Assembly (NCBI RefSeq): GCF_964194025.1
Contig: NC_134476.1
Span: 16,988,001-17,052,000, forward strand
Length of the DNA stretch: 64,000 bases
Reading direction: 5' to 3'
Source of the DNA: Convolutriloba macropyga
Taxonomy: Eukaryota
Shown: piece after piece, positions 24,131-35,889 of the stretch
Layout: each line of letters opens with the position of its first letter
Position numbering within the stretch: position 1 is the first letter of the stretch
The notes under the pieces: generated by a model
The model's input: the letters and a program-made list of their open reading frames with translations, nothing else
Told to the model about the DNA's origin: nothing
Databases searched by the model: none
Position numbers and translations under genes: made by a program

Positions 24131-24814
24131 TTTTGTAAGTTTTAGCCTCCAATTATGAAAGGGTGAACTAGGCATATAGCACAGATGATTAAAAGTCCAG
24201 AAATGCTCAGCTCTTTAATTTAGAAATTTCTAAAAAGGGTTGTTAAGATTGGAACCAAGAAAGATCTTTTGAAGACAAGAGCAAAAAATGAGTTTAAGAT
24301 TCTTATTGTATAAAAGTTAAACGCGGTAAAAATAATCAAAAAGTTATCTTAATCAATAGGAAATTTATCAGTGAAATTCTCTTTCTACGAAACACTCATA
24401 GCCAGAGGACCCTCCTACTCAAGTGGATTACTTGCTCGTGGCTTTCCTGTCAGAAATTGATGTCCTGATCCGAAAGTCACGATAATAGCATGCATTTTCA
24501 TCATCATAGGCAAAATAGGCAATATCATATATTTCATATATATCACTTATACTACATTATATATACTGCAACATGTACTACAAAATATGTCATATGTACA
24601 CCGTATATTGTTCATACTACTTTTTATTTAGCCAAAACATTGTTTCGCAAGGCTCTGGCAGGTTTAGGCAATTTTTTCAAAACTCTACTAATTAAATAAA
24701 GATTTTGCGGATGTGTATACGAAATGAATAGATTATGCTAGTTTCCGGTATATAAGCGATTTGTTTTTGGAATTAGTCTGACACTTTGAACTCATACAAG
24801 ACTGGAAAAGAAAA

Positions 24815-24950
24815 AACGAAAGGTTGCTCATGAACTCTCGAAAGCCTGAACAAGAACGCACAAAACCCCGTGAAGGCACAAAAGTCTAGTGAACGCTCGA
24901 AAGTCTGGACATGAACGCACAAAAGTCTGGTGAACGCACGATAGTCTGGA
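24815..24950. repeat. ~20-bp tandem minisatellite (tgaacgcacaaaagtctgg)
   Basis: About 6 degenerate units, upstream of the hAT remnant; possibly subterminal repeats. Confidence 0.7.
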
Positions 24951-25098
24951 TATCTTTCCGTCTGGGACAGTGTGGACATACAAGTTGCTGTCTGGAATCT
25001 CAACCTGGATGAGATTGATGCTTCTGCTGTTGCATCCCCTTTTTTGACTAAAGTTTCATAGCATCATTCAGCGACGAAAATCTTATTTATGAAATTAC

Positions 25099-25260
25099 GG
25101 ATCTGTTACTTTTGCCCCTCCACTTCCCCCCAACATAGCGTGTGTATTTTGTTTGCACCACATAGAGTACGTCCTATATTTGTACATAATGATTTACTAT
25201 GTAATGACTGGTGCTCTATAAATGGGGCAAGTGGGGGAGGGGGGCAAACGGAATTGATCC
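25099..25260. mobile_element. Older Merlin-like MITE copy
   Basis: Imperfect TIRs ggatctgttacttttgcccc / ggggcaaacggaattgatcc, same family as 26164-26333. No TSD retained. Confidence 0.6.
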
Positions 25261-25549
25261 AAAAGTCCTCCATGTAAATAAGGTATGGACACCTCCCCTC
25301 AACAAATTAACTCTTGTTTCATGAAGAAGAACTATCAAAGAACTAACACAGCAAATATTGGGCAGTTGCATATTACCAAATCATAGCCCGAACACACCCT
25401 TACCAAAAAATGTCATGTTGTTCCGCCTTGAGACAGAATCGTCAAAACCCGACTGCTCATCTTTAATTTCCAGAGAATTTGAGGAGCACCGCAATGATAC
25501 TTCTCAAGTTTTCTAAAAAGTATAGGTGATTAAAGGTTTTTGTTGAGTC

Positions 25550-25716
25550 CCACCCCCCCCCCCGCTACCCCCAGCTTAGTGAGTGCATAATATTTGCACC
25601 CCCAGACGCACGTGACATATTGTTATATAATGATTTACTATGTAAAGGTACGTGCTCTTAACGGGTGGGGGGTACATAACGTACGGGGGGGGGGGGGGGC
25701 ACAAACGGAATAGATC
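25550..25716. mobile_element. Merlin-like MITE copy (left TIR degenerate)
   Basis: ccccagcttagtgag..., internal taatgatttactatgtaa shared with the 25099 copy, right end gggg-cacaaacggaatagatc. Confidence 0.6.
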
Positions 25717-25785
25717 TCAAATAGTATACTATTCTTTATTGCATATATTACAAAAGAATGCAACATAGATGGGGTTCAATAAACA

Positions 25786-25972
25786 CCCGGGCCGAGGATT
25801 TTGCCCAAAAAACGGGGAAAGGAGTATAAAGTAGTAAAAAGTGTAACATAATATTTTTGCACCTTTGGTGCCCCACTTATTAAGGGTAATTCGATTTTAA
25901 AGTTTTATTTGACTGGTGTAATTAAAAAGAGCAAAGAGTGTAAAAAAGTGTAATTTACTCTCTCGGCCCGGG
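25786..25972. mobile_element. EnSpm/CACTA-like MITE with CCCGGGCCGAG TIRs and 2-bp TSD (CA)
   Basis: cccgggccgag at 25786 and ctcggcccggg ending at 25972, with CA on both flanks. Confidence 0.8.
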
Positions 25973-26163
25973 CAGGGGGGGGGGGGGGGTTAGGGCGGCA
26001 TATGTTTTTAGAGTCTATATCCTGTAGATTTAACGTACTCAGCAACTAGGCTAAAAGCTGGGTACTTTCCCAATGTAACCTAAACCTTAACCCCTCCCCC
26101 GCATACCCCAACCCGCGCAAACCAAACCCTAACAGTAGCCCCTCTTCTCAAAATTCCCAATTC

Positions 26164-26333
26164 GGATCTATTCTGTCCCCCCCCCCCCAGTTTTTTTTAT
26201 TACCCCAGTTACAAATTATATATTGTTATATAGCACGTTGCTATGTACGAAAACAGCACGTGAGCCTGGGGGTCATAAAAATTTATGCTCACTAAGCTGG
26301 GGGGGGGGGGGGGGGGGGGGACAGAATAGATCC
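26164..26333. mobile_element. Merlin-like MITE with GG termini and 8-bp TSD
   Basis: Perfect TIR ggatctattctgtcc(c)n ... (g)nggacagaatagatcc. TSD CCCAATTC at 26156-26163 and 26334-26341. Confidence 0.85.
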
Positions 26334-26944
26334 CCCAATTCCCTTCACGCCTTTCCTCCCCTCTCAACTTCCTCATTGCACCTTATAACGCCTAAAAACT
26401 CAATTATTTTGGACACAAATTGCACGTCAATTCTCAGGCTGGATATTTTCGACAGATGATTTGACTTTTAATTGTTGCTCTCGAGTTCCACAGAATCCGC
26501 GAAAAATGCGGCAACCTCTTTATATAAATAAGAGTTTATTTGTACACGAGGTTGGCACTTGCCTAAATATTGATTCCGAAGCTTAGAGACTACCATTTTA
26601 GGTACTGGATTTAGTGATCATTAGGAAGATGGTGGATATGTGGAAGTAAGCGGTTTCCATGTCAACTTCACGTCTAGTTTTTTCAAAATACTTTCAACTG
26701 TTCGGGAGTCCTTGTACCGAAGGGGGGGGGGGGTAGATGTAGGGAGGATTTGGATGCACAAAAATGCAACCCACACAACCCTTAATGGGTTAGCACACCG
26801 ACACGTGATTCTTTCCCATTAATTACACCCAATCAAACCCACCCTTGTTAGTAGCTATATAACCTATAGCCCCCAACTGCCGTACACCATAGTGGGCGTG
26901 GACCTATAATTCGTCGAAGGCCATAATTGAAGGTTTGTTTCCAG

Positions 26945-27360
26945 GAATTTTCCCTTGATTATTGTGGTCCTTACTTTTTGGCTTGCTTCAACTGTCTGGT
27001 TTGTGCTAATGATGTCGAATTTTGGTAACGAAGAACCTCAATCGCTACTACGCAGAGATGTCGAGCACCAGATAGCTGGAAACCACACTGCCAAAGCTAT
27101 CAGGTGGCCATACAGAACAGCTGGACTGTCTCTTAATGTCACTGAGGCAAAAGAGAATCTGAGCCAAGATGTAACATTCGATGGTGGACACCGATCGGGT
27201 CTCGAACCTTCGATAGGAGTTGGCAACACAACGCGTACCTGAACCTCAACTGGCTAAATGCAAGTGGCATTTGAGGCTGCGTTTGGATTACAGAGCCAAA
27301 GGAAACGATGCACAAACAAAGCTCAATTAAATCTATTTCGAATTCCCAACGTTTTAAAGC
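26945..27360 (+). pseudogene. Exon-like fragment of a type-II membrane (Golgi glycosyltransferase-like) protein
   Basis: Acceptor tttgtttccag at 26944, then NFPLIIVVLTFWLASTVWFVLMM (signal anchor) and a stem with NxT/S sequons. The frame breaks at 27242. Confidence 0.4.
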
Positions 27361-27363
27361 ATT

Positions 27364-27439
27364 AGTTGGGGTCCTCTGATTTTGAGGGTCCATGAAAATA
27401 ATTATTTTCATGGACCCTCAAAATCAGAGGAACCCAACT
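27364..27439. repeat. 76-bp spacer-less palindrome (38-bp arms, 1 mismatch)
   Basis: agttggggtcctctgattttgagggtccatgaaaataa|ttattttcatggaccctcaaaatcagaggaacccaact. Confidence 0.95.
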
Positions 27440-27733
27440 CAACAACACCACCCCCCCCCCCCCCCCCCTCCAATGAGTGCCCTCACGATACAAAATGATC
27501 AAGAGGCTCGAAAAGTGGCCCTGACGGACAAGAGTGCTGTTCACAGGACACGAGGGGGTTAGGGTTGATTGTGTATCGTCTAGGGTAAGCGAAAGTGAGT
27601 TTTTGCAAGTGCAAGACGGCGACTAAGATATTTAATTCTACCCCCCCCAACCCCCCGCGGCACCCTTACCAGGTTAGTGGTCATATCAACTTTACGCCCC
27701 CAGGTGAACGTGCCATTTTACATAATAAGTGTA

Positions 27734-27768
<35 letters not shown>

Positions 27769-28218
27769 TGTTCATTTTCTGTTATCGAGCAACACAAAAG
27801 TTTATTTTACTGTGCACAAAATATATGTACAATGAAGTTCAACAGAAAAAGAGCACACCATTAGATCATCAGTTGATCCGTTTTCAGGTGCCTCACAATA
27901 TAGGAATATCAAAGAACTGTTGATTAAGAACCGAAAGAAAATTACTATAGTAATTGAACTAAATCATGGTTGGTTAAAACAAAAAAAAATTTTTTAAAAT
28001 ATAAATAAACCGATAACTGAGTGCAGGGGGCTACAATTAGACGTACTCAAAAAAAAAACTTGAGAAGTCTTGGTTGTCAATTATGTAATTTCTTAAAAAC
28101 ATATGGCAAAAACGTTTTATTTTTTGATTTGTTATTTTTAAAACCGTATTTACAAAGGAAGGTTCCAGAAAAATCAACAAATTCAACATTTTTCGGACCT
28201 TAAACCTCAATGGGTTTG

Positions 28219-30089
28219 TCACATTTTTTCGATCACCGCAATCAAGACACATTGTTGTTTTTCTTCTTTTTTTACTCTGTTAAATTCGTTATCATTCAAG
28301 TAAGATTTGACGTGACTAACAACACATTCGTCTCTTAGCATTTTTATTAACAGTTTAAGTACTTCGTACAAGTGTAGTTCTTTCGCTAAAAACAGGTTAA
28401 ATTTTCTCCTTAGATCACTCACTGAGTTGAACTTTCTTTTATTGAAAATTATCCTTATGAGTTTTTTTTAATTTTGAGTCTATCAATGAAATATCTGACA
28501 AAACAGAATTTCCATAAATCAGTATACCATATTGCACTACCGGCTGAACATAACTTTTAAAAACCTGAATCATTTGACTTTTACTAAGAAATTTTCTCAG
28601 TCTATGGAACAGTCCAATGAACTTTATTAATTTTTGGATAACCACATCAATATAATTTTTGAAAGACAATTTATTATCTATTGTTATTCCAAGAAAACGT
28701 ATTGAGTCAACGTTTTCAATTCTCTCTTTATCGATGTTAATCTGTTCTTTTTTGGAGTAAGTTTTAATTTTCCCAAAAAACATTGATTTTGTTTTTTTCA
28801 GTATTGATTGTCAATTTATTATTAGTTAACCACTGATTACATTTTTGTAATTGAGTTTTGTGTTTCATCACAACCTCTTCGGCGGTGGCTGAAGTTTCAA
28901 TAACTGTTTCATCTGCAAAAAGTATGATATTAGATTCAAGATTAGTTAAATTGTCAACATCTTGCGTATTGCTCAAATCATTCACGTATATTATGAAAAG
29001 CAGAGGACCGAGAACCGATCCCTGGGGAACTCCAATATCAACAAAAGCAGTACCTGAAACAACTTCTGCAATTTGAACAAACTGAGAGCGGTTAGTTAGG
29101 TATGATTTAAGTATATTGAAAACATGACCTCTCAAACCAATATTACAACATTTGTCTAATAGTATTGTATGGTCTACCGTATCAAAAGCTTTTTTGAGAT
29201 CCAGGAATGTGCAAACAGACATAGCGGATTTCTCAGATAATTTTTGTCGCAAGAGTGCAATCAGAAACAAAACAGCGTCAACTGTACTTCTTTTGGCCCT
29301 GAAACCAAACTGGGAGCTTGAGAGCAGATTAAATTTCACTAAAAAAGAGATAATTCTTCCCTGAAGCAATTTCTCGAAGATCTTTGCTATCGTTGGTAAT
29401 AAGGAAATAGGACTAAAATTTGATGGTATACTCTTATCTCCAGATTTGTGAAGTGGGAAAACTTTTGCAATTTTAAGACAATCAGGGAACACGCCAAGAT
29501 TGAAGCATTCATTGAACCATTTTGAGAGAAAAGGACTCAGGACATTAGAAAATTTCTTGATGCAGTTGTAATTGAGGTCATAACAGTCCTCACTGCACTT
29601 ATTCGGAGCATTATTAATGATATCAAAAACTTCCTTGCCTGTAATATCGGCAAGAAACATAGATTGTTCTGCTTTATCGGTTGTTTTTAGAAACAATTTC
29701 GTTGGTAAATGTGCGTTCATTTTCCTTCCGATTGATGTAAAAAAATCATTTAAATGGTTGACTTCATCTTGAGATGGTATTTTTCCACGATTTTCAATTT
29801 TTTTGCCTGTTATGTCACCATAAATTTTAAAAAAGTTTCGGTTTGTGTTTGCTCCACCTTTTTCAATTTGATTTTGATAAAAAGTCTTCATTTTGTTTTT
29901 TATCAAAGTTTTTACCTTCCTGCACCGTTGTTTGTATTCGTTATTGGCCGATATTGATTGAGTTTTGAGTGCATTCTTCCACAACCTTTTTTTCTTTGCG
30001 GCAGCGTTTTTGACTTCGTTGTCAATCCAGATCTTTTGCACATGTTTTCTTGTTGTCTTAGGTAAATAGTGATCTAATGCTTCTTGCAC
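28219..30089 (-). pseudogene. LINE A ORF2 reverse transcriptase and C-terminal region (frameshifted)
   Basis: PISLLP, QFGFR, FLDLKKAFDTVDH, GVPQGSVLGPLLF, FADET, then FLGITID..LSF in the next frame. Confidence 0.95.
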
Positions 30090-30143
30090 AGTTCTTTGTG
30101 AACATTTGAATTTATCATTAATTTCTTTTTCGGTAGAATCAAT

Positions 30144-30944
30144 TTATTTTAATCGCTGCCACAGAACGAAACTAATTTTTTCCTGAAGAAGAGGATTTTC
30201 AAGTTTTGCCCAATTTCTCGTTTGAAAAAAATTATTTTCTGTTTCTAAGTTGGTTTTATTCTTCAATTTAAGTAAAAGTGAATAGTGATCAGTTATTTTT
30301 GTTCTTTGGCTGGTAACCTCTGATTCAAAATTTGTAAAGAACAGGTCAATATAAGAACTTGATTTTTTTGTTTCGCGTGTAATGAGGTTCTCACTTACCA
30401 ATTTTAGGTCAAATGTTTGGGTCAATTCCCTTACATATGATTGTTTGTTCCCTTTAGATAGAAAATTTACATTAAAGTCACCGCACAGCACATGCAGGCT
30501 TTGCGGATCGCTAATATGTTGTTCCAAGTAGGTACTAAGAACGTCAAAAGTAGCAATCGTGGTGGCATTAGGTGGTATATAAACACAAGTCATTGATAAC
30601 TTTTTTGTTCCAATACTGAAGTAAACACTAACCGCTTGTATATTGTTCAGGTTTAGAGACCCGCGTATTTTAACATTAAATTTATTTTGTACAAAAATTG
30701 CGACACCTCCACCTCTTTTTTCCCTATTGCTTGTAACCAGTTCATCATAACCATCTATGTGAAAAATATTTGATGAGAACTCATCTTTAAGCCATGTCTC
30801 TGTTAGGCAGATTGCTATAGGTTTTTCTTTCAGAGACGCAATTTCCAAAGTGAGTTCATCAAAGTTTTTTGTTAGTGAACGTATGTTCTGTAGCATGATA
30901 ACCTGCTTGGTTTCGCCCAGTAACATTTTGTCTATGACGACCAT
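30144..30944 (-). pseudogene. LINE A ORF2 apurinic-like endonuclease domain
   Basis: NIRSL, CLTETWL, RGGGVAIFV, CGDFN, IDLFF, TDH motifs. A stop separates it from the RT. Confidence 0.95.
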
Positions 30945-31811
30945 GAGATATTAGTTCAACTACACAATCTGAGCAATCAACTTTGACTGATGAAATCATT
31001 AGCAATTTGAGATAAAAAAAATAATAAAAAAATTGTATTTGAAAAAAAAAATATAAAAAAAAAGTTCAGGTTTTGTTTTCAAGCATTTTGAAAAATTTGA
31101 AGCAAAGAATGTTAAAATTTAACTTAGAGGACGTCCAGTGACTTTTTTTCCTTCTTTTTTTCATTTTTAAAAAAAAATTGCACTCCTTTATGTAAGAATG
31201 ACTTTGATCACTGGGTGAAAGTTTGTTTGTTTTAGGTGCTATCTTTAATATGCAGTATAAATAATAATGTTCCGCGGAAATCACATAACTTTTTTCATCT
31301 CAATACTCTTGTTTCAGACTAGATGACTGCGGAAATCACAGTCAGCTTGAAACTTGCTCGCGGAAATCACGAGCAGAGTATCAAAATGAATTTTTTTCTT
31401 TCTTTATTTTTTTTCTTGTTTATGTTATACTTCTTCCCCCATTTTGTTTCTTCATGAAGCAGTGTTTCAAAAAAAAACAAGAAAAGCTTAAGAAGGAACG
31501 ATTCACCAAATATAGTGCATTTCCCCCTATTTTTTTGTTGGTATTTTATTTATTAATATAATTATAAAACAAATTAAATGCAAATTATAAGACTGTTTGT
31601 GCCCCTCAGCTTAGTGGCTCAATATTGGCACCCACCAGAGGCACGTTCTGTTTATGTAACCAATGCATCATAACCTTGGCATGTACACAGCATGCCGAAT
31701 ATCTGCTACGTGCGTGTCAGACTCTTAAAACCATCTTTTTTTAATATATGCACCACCTATATTAAAAAAATACACGGGTTTTTCGAAAAAGATGATATAC
31801 CACAAATGAGT

Positions 31812-34215
31812 TCATTAGGCAAATATGAATAAAATGAATTCAAAAACGAATGTATTTTGCTCGGTAACTGCATTGCGTTAAAGTTACAACCAAGAACCAA
31901 CATAAAATATCCTCACTTTCGAACAATATCCTCACTGACATTAAGAGTCTGACCTTCTCCTCTTTGACCTTAAAGAATTTTGTTAAAAACACTCAATTTT
32001 GAGCATTATTCATGCATTTCTAAACACATAACAGCTCTCAAATCACACAGTAAAGCAATATTATTGTTTATTAAACAAAAATGATCGATGATAAACAGTA
32101 TTCCTCTCTGAACAAACAAGACATTTACCAGCTCTATGTTAAAACTTACAAAAAATTGGAAGAAAAAGAGAAATTTATAGAGGATACAATTACAAAATTT
32201 ACCAAGATGATGGAGTCTGGTTTTTATGTGGCTAATCCCCAACTGGTAGGGGGTGAGACGGTTCAGGGTGGGTTCCAATTGCAAAAGAATATAGAACAGT
32301 AGGCACCATGACGGAGGCGACCGATTTGGTTCGCGATTTCCAAAAAAAGAACTGTCACCGGAATGCGAAAACCTTGTTATTGGCAGTAGTATAATAGGCA
32401 AGTTTGAGATTGACAAATCTATTCCAATCGACTGCGTAATTCATGCTTATCGTGGGTCCACTACCAACGAGAAAATTAATGTTTTGAACAAATAAGACCC
32501 AAAAAAATCCGAACATTAGTAATTCAAGACGGAACAAACAACGTGCTGAAACATAATAGTAAATCTGCCAAGGAAACTTTCCTTGAATACAAAAAACTAA
32601 TTGACTTATGCATTGAAAAAAGTTTGCGTTGTTTGCGAAATACCACCATTGAAAAACGTTGAGCAGTATCGGGATAAAAATGAAAATATTGATGAAATCA
32701 ATAATCTTATTACATCTTACTATTCCGATAAACCATCTTTCAAGATATCTTTTTTTAATGCTAATATTAAAAATGTAAATAGTGCAATAGACAAGGATAA
32801 TAATAACGGTAAGGATTCCATTGGATATTACGTCTTATATTTTGATAATGTGCATTTAAACTACCAGCATGGTGTGCCTCTTCTCAAAAACTGGCTGCTT
32901 TCTCATCTTCTTTTGACATCTAATGGTAGAATCTGTCCCAAAGGAATCCGTCAAAACAAAAGCCTAATTAATAGAAGTCCTCAAAATGCCTACAGATCTA
33001 ATTATCGAAATAAACCATACAACTAACCCCAAAGAAACAGAAATAATTTATCGACTTATAACAATAGTTATCAGCCTGTGAATCAAAGATACTCCGCACT
33101 AAACTATAAAGGTGCTTCTAACTATTATGCCCAATCCTAAACAAACCCAGGACCTGTTTTAACATACAATGAGTCTATCAAAATGACTCTAAGAAGAGAG
33201 TCGGAAACAAAAATTTATCATCTAAATGTACAAAGCATTCTTAGCAAGGAAGAACAACTACGTACGCTAGTGCACGATCTTGGTCCTAACTGCATTTTTT
33301 GTTTTGTTTCACAGAAACATGGCTTTGTGAGTTTGATGATATGAACGTTTTCAATCCTGAAAACGAAAGATACTGTTATTTCAGATCTGACCGTATTTCG
33401 CCTGCCGGAACGAAAACGAAAAAATGTGGTGGAGTTATGATTCTTGTTCAAAAGGTTTTTTCTCCAAAAATTCGTAATGACTTGAATCTTTTTACGGGAA
33501 ATTTTGAGAGCGTATGGGTCTCATTGAAAATACCAACTTGTCCATCCTTACTAATGAATGTTACTTATAACCCCAATAAACAAAACAGCACTGATTTTTT
33601 GGACCAACTTGCAATTAACATTGATAATGCAATTACGAAAAACGGAAAGATATTACTTCTGGGCGACTATAACAATACCTATTTAGATACCTTGGAAAGA
33701 TCTAGGCTTGAAACAGTAATACTTCCTTATGATTTACATATAAAGAACCAAACCATTCCTACTCGTTTAAACCGGGGAAACAATACCAAAAGCCTTATTG
33801 ATTACATTTTTACTGACTGTTCAACTATAAACGACACTATAATTTGTGATAGCATAGTAAAAAGTGACCACTTTGCTACTCTAAGTCTATTAGGTCTTCA
33901 TGTTGAAACTAAAGGTACCAGTCCAGAGAAAAATTTTCGATAAAAAGAACTATAATGCACTTGATTTTAAACACTGCCTAGAACAACAAAACTGGCAAAA
34001 AATGTATGTTCAGAACAACTTGGATTCAATGCTACAAGTTTTCACTGAAAATTTTACGACAGCACTTTCGAAAAGTGCTCCACTTAAATAAGTTTTTATC
34101 CGAATTGACCACAGTTTTTTTACATTAACAGACAAATGGTTAACTAGAAAATCAAGACAACTGATGGTCGATCGAGATAGGTTTTTGAATGATAAAGACT
34201 ATGAAAATTTCATTA
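31812..34215 (+). mobile_element. LINE B partial tandem copy (5' region, ORF1, endonuclease) with ~334-bp internal deletion
   Basis: Near-identical to 34210-36948. Junction microhomology TTCATT. Lacks the equivalent of 35538-35872. Confidence 0.95.
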
Positions 34216-34479
34216 GGCAAATATGAATAAAATGATTTCAAAAACGAATGTATTTTGCTCGGTAACTGCATTGCGTTAAAGTTACAACCAAGAACCAACA
34301 TAAAATATCCTCACTTTCGAAAAATATCCTCACTGACATTAAGAGTCTGACCTTCTCCTCTTTGATCTTAAAGAATTTTGTTAAAAACACTCGATTCTGA
34401 GCATTATTCATGCATTTCTAAACACATAACAATTCTCAAATCACACAGTAAAGCAATAATATTGTTTATTAAACAAAAA

Positions 34480-35480
34480 TGATCGATGATAAACATATTC
34501 CTCTCTGAACAAACAAGACATTTACCAGCTCTATGTTAAAACTTACAAAAAATTGGAAGAAAAAGAGAAATTTATAGAGGATACAATTACAAAATTTACC
34601 AAGATGATGGTGTCTGGTTTGTATATGGCTAATCCCCAACTGGTAGGGGGTGAGACCTTTCAGGGTGGGGTTCCAATTGCAAAAGAATATAAAACAGTAG
34701 GCACCATGACGGAAGCGAACGATTTGGTTCGCGATTTCCAAAAAAAGAACTGTCACTGGAATGCGAAAACCTTGTTATTGGCAGTAGCATAATAGGCAAG
34801 CTTGAGATTGACAAATCTATTCCAATCGACTGCGTAATTAATGCTTATCGTGGGTCCACTACCAACAAGAAATTTAAAGTTTTGAACAAATACGACCCAA
34901 AAAAAATCCGAACATTAGTAATTCAAGACGGAACAAACAACGTGCTGAAACATAATAGTAAATCTGCCAAGGAAAATTTCCTTGAACACAAAAAACTAAT
35001 CGACTTAGGGATTGAAAAAAAGTTTGCGTTGTTTGCGAAATACCACCATTGAAAAACGTTGAGCAGTATCGGGATAAAAATGAAAAAATTGATGAAATCA
35101 ATAATCTTATTACATCTTACTATTCCGATAAACCATCTTTCAAGATATCTTTTTTTAATGCTAATATTAAAAATGTAAATAGTGCAATAGACAAGGATAA
35201 TAATAACGGTAAGGATTCCATTGGATATTACGTCTTATATTTTGATAATGTGCATTTAAACTACCAGCATGGTGTGCCTCTTCTCAAAAACTGGCTGCTT
35301 TCTCATCTTCTTTTGACATCTAATGGTAGAATCTGTCCCAAAGGAATCCGTCAAAACAAAAGCCTAATTAATAGAAGTCCTCAAAATGCCTACAGATCTA
35401 ATTATCGAAATAAACCATACAACTACCCCCAAAGAAACAGAAATAATTTATCGATTATAACAATAGTTATCAGCCTGTGA
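34480..35480 (+). pseudogene. LINE B ORF1 with SGNH/GDSL esterase domain
   Basis: Coiled-coil-like start, then LVIGSSII (block I), YRGST, IQDGTNN (block III), VVCEIPP and DNVHLN (DxxH block V). Frameshifted. Confidence 0.8.
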
Positions 35481-35832
35481 ATTAAAGATACTCCGCACTA
35501 AACTATAAAGGTGCTTCTAACTATTATGCCCAATCCTATCAAAGACCCCCATTCCAATAAATTGATAATTTGTAATCCTGATGATTTAGAGAACTGTTGT
35601 TGCAATTGTTTAAGAAAAATGACATTGAACATCTTCTTTTCGTCAACCCAACAATCAAAATGTTTTTATTTAGTTTTGCTACTGTTGGCCTCAAGAATTC
35701 CAGCGTCAACAGTGGCAATTACATTACATAGCAAAACAAAAACTTCCGACGAAGGCTTTGGAAAAGCTTTTAAGTACCTTCCACAAACAGGGTTTTTATT
35801 TGTAGGATGTAAAATTATTATTATATTTTTTT

Positions 35833-35889
35833 CTGATTAGCTTAACGCTACTCCTAAGGGCTGGTGAGATGGAAACAAACCCAGGACCT
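35833..35889 (+). other. 2A-like (StopGo) peptide at the ORF2 N-terminus
   Basis: LISLTLLLRAGEMETNPGP, directly upstream of the APE domain. Consensus is D[V/I]ExNPGP. Confidence 0.8.

Larger units (their letters stand above)
27737..30960 (-). mobile_element. CR1/L2-group non-LTR retrotransposon (LINE A), ORF2 plus 3' UTR, decayed
   Basis: APE and RT ORFs. The 3' UTR has AATAAA and ends in a (TTA)n tail at ~27737-27765. No ORF1 recognised. Confidence 0.9.

Noticed and set aside
25988-26135. Telomere-like TTAGGG/TAACCC motifs
   Set aside because: Only a few scattered degenerate units within MITE-rich sequence; not an array.
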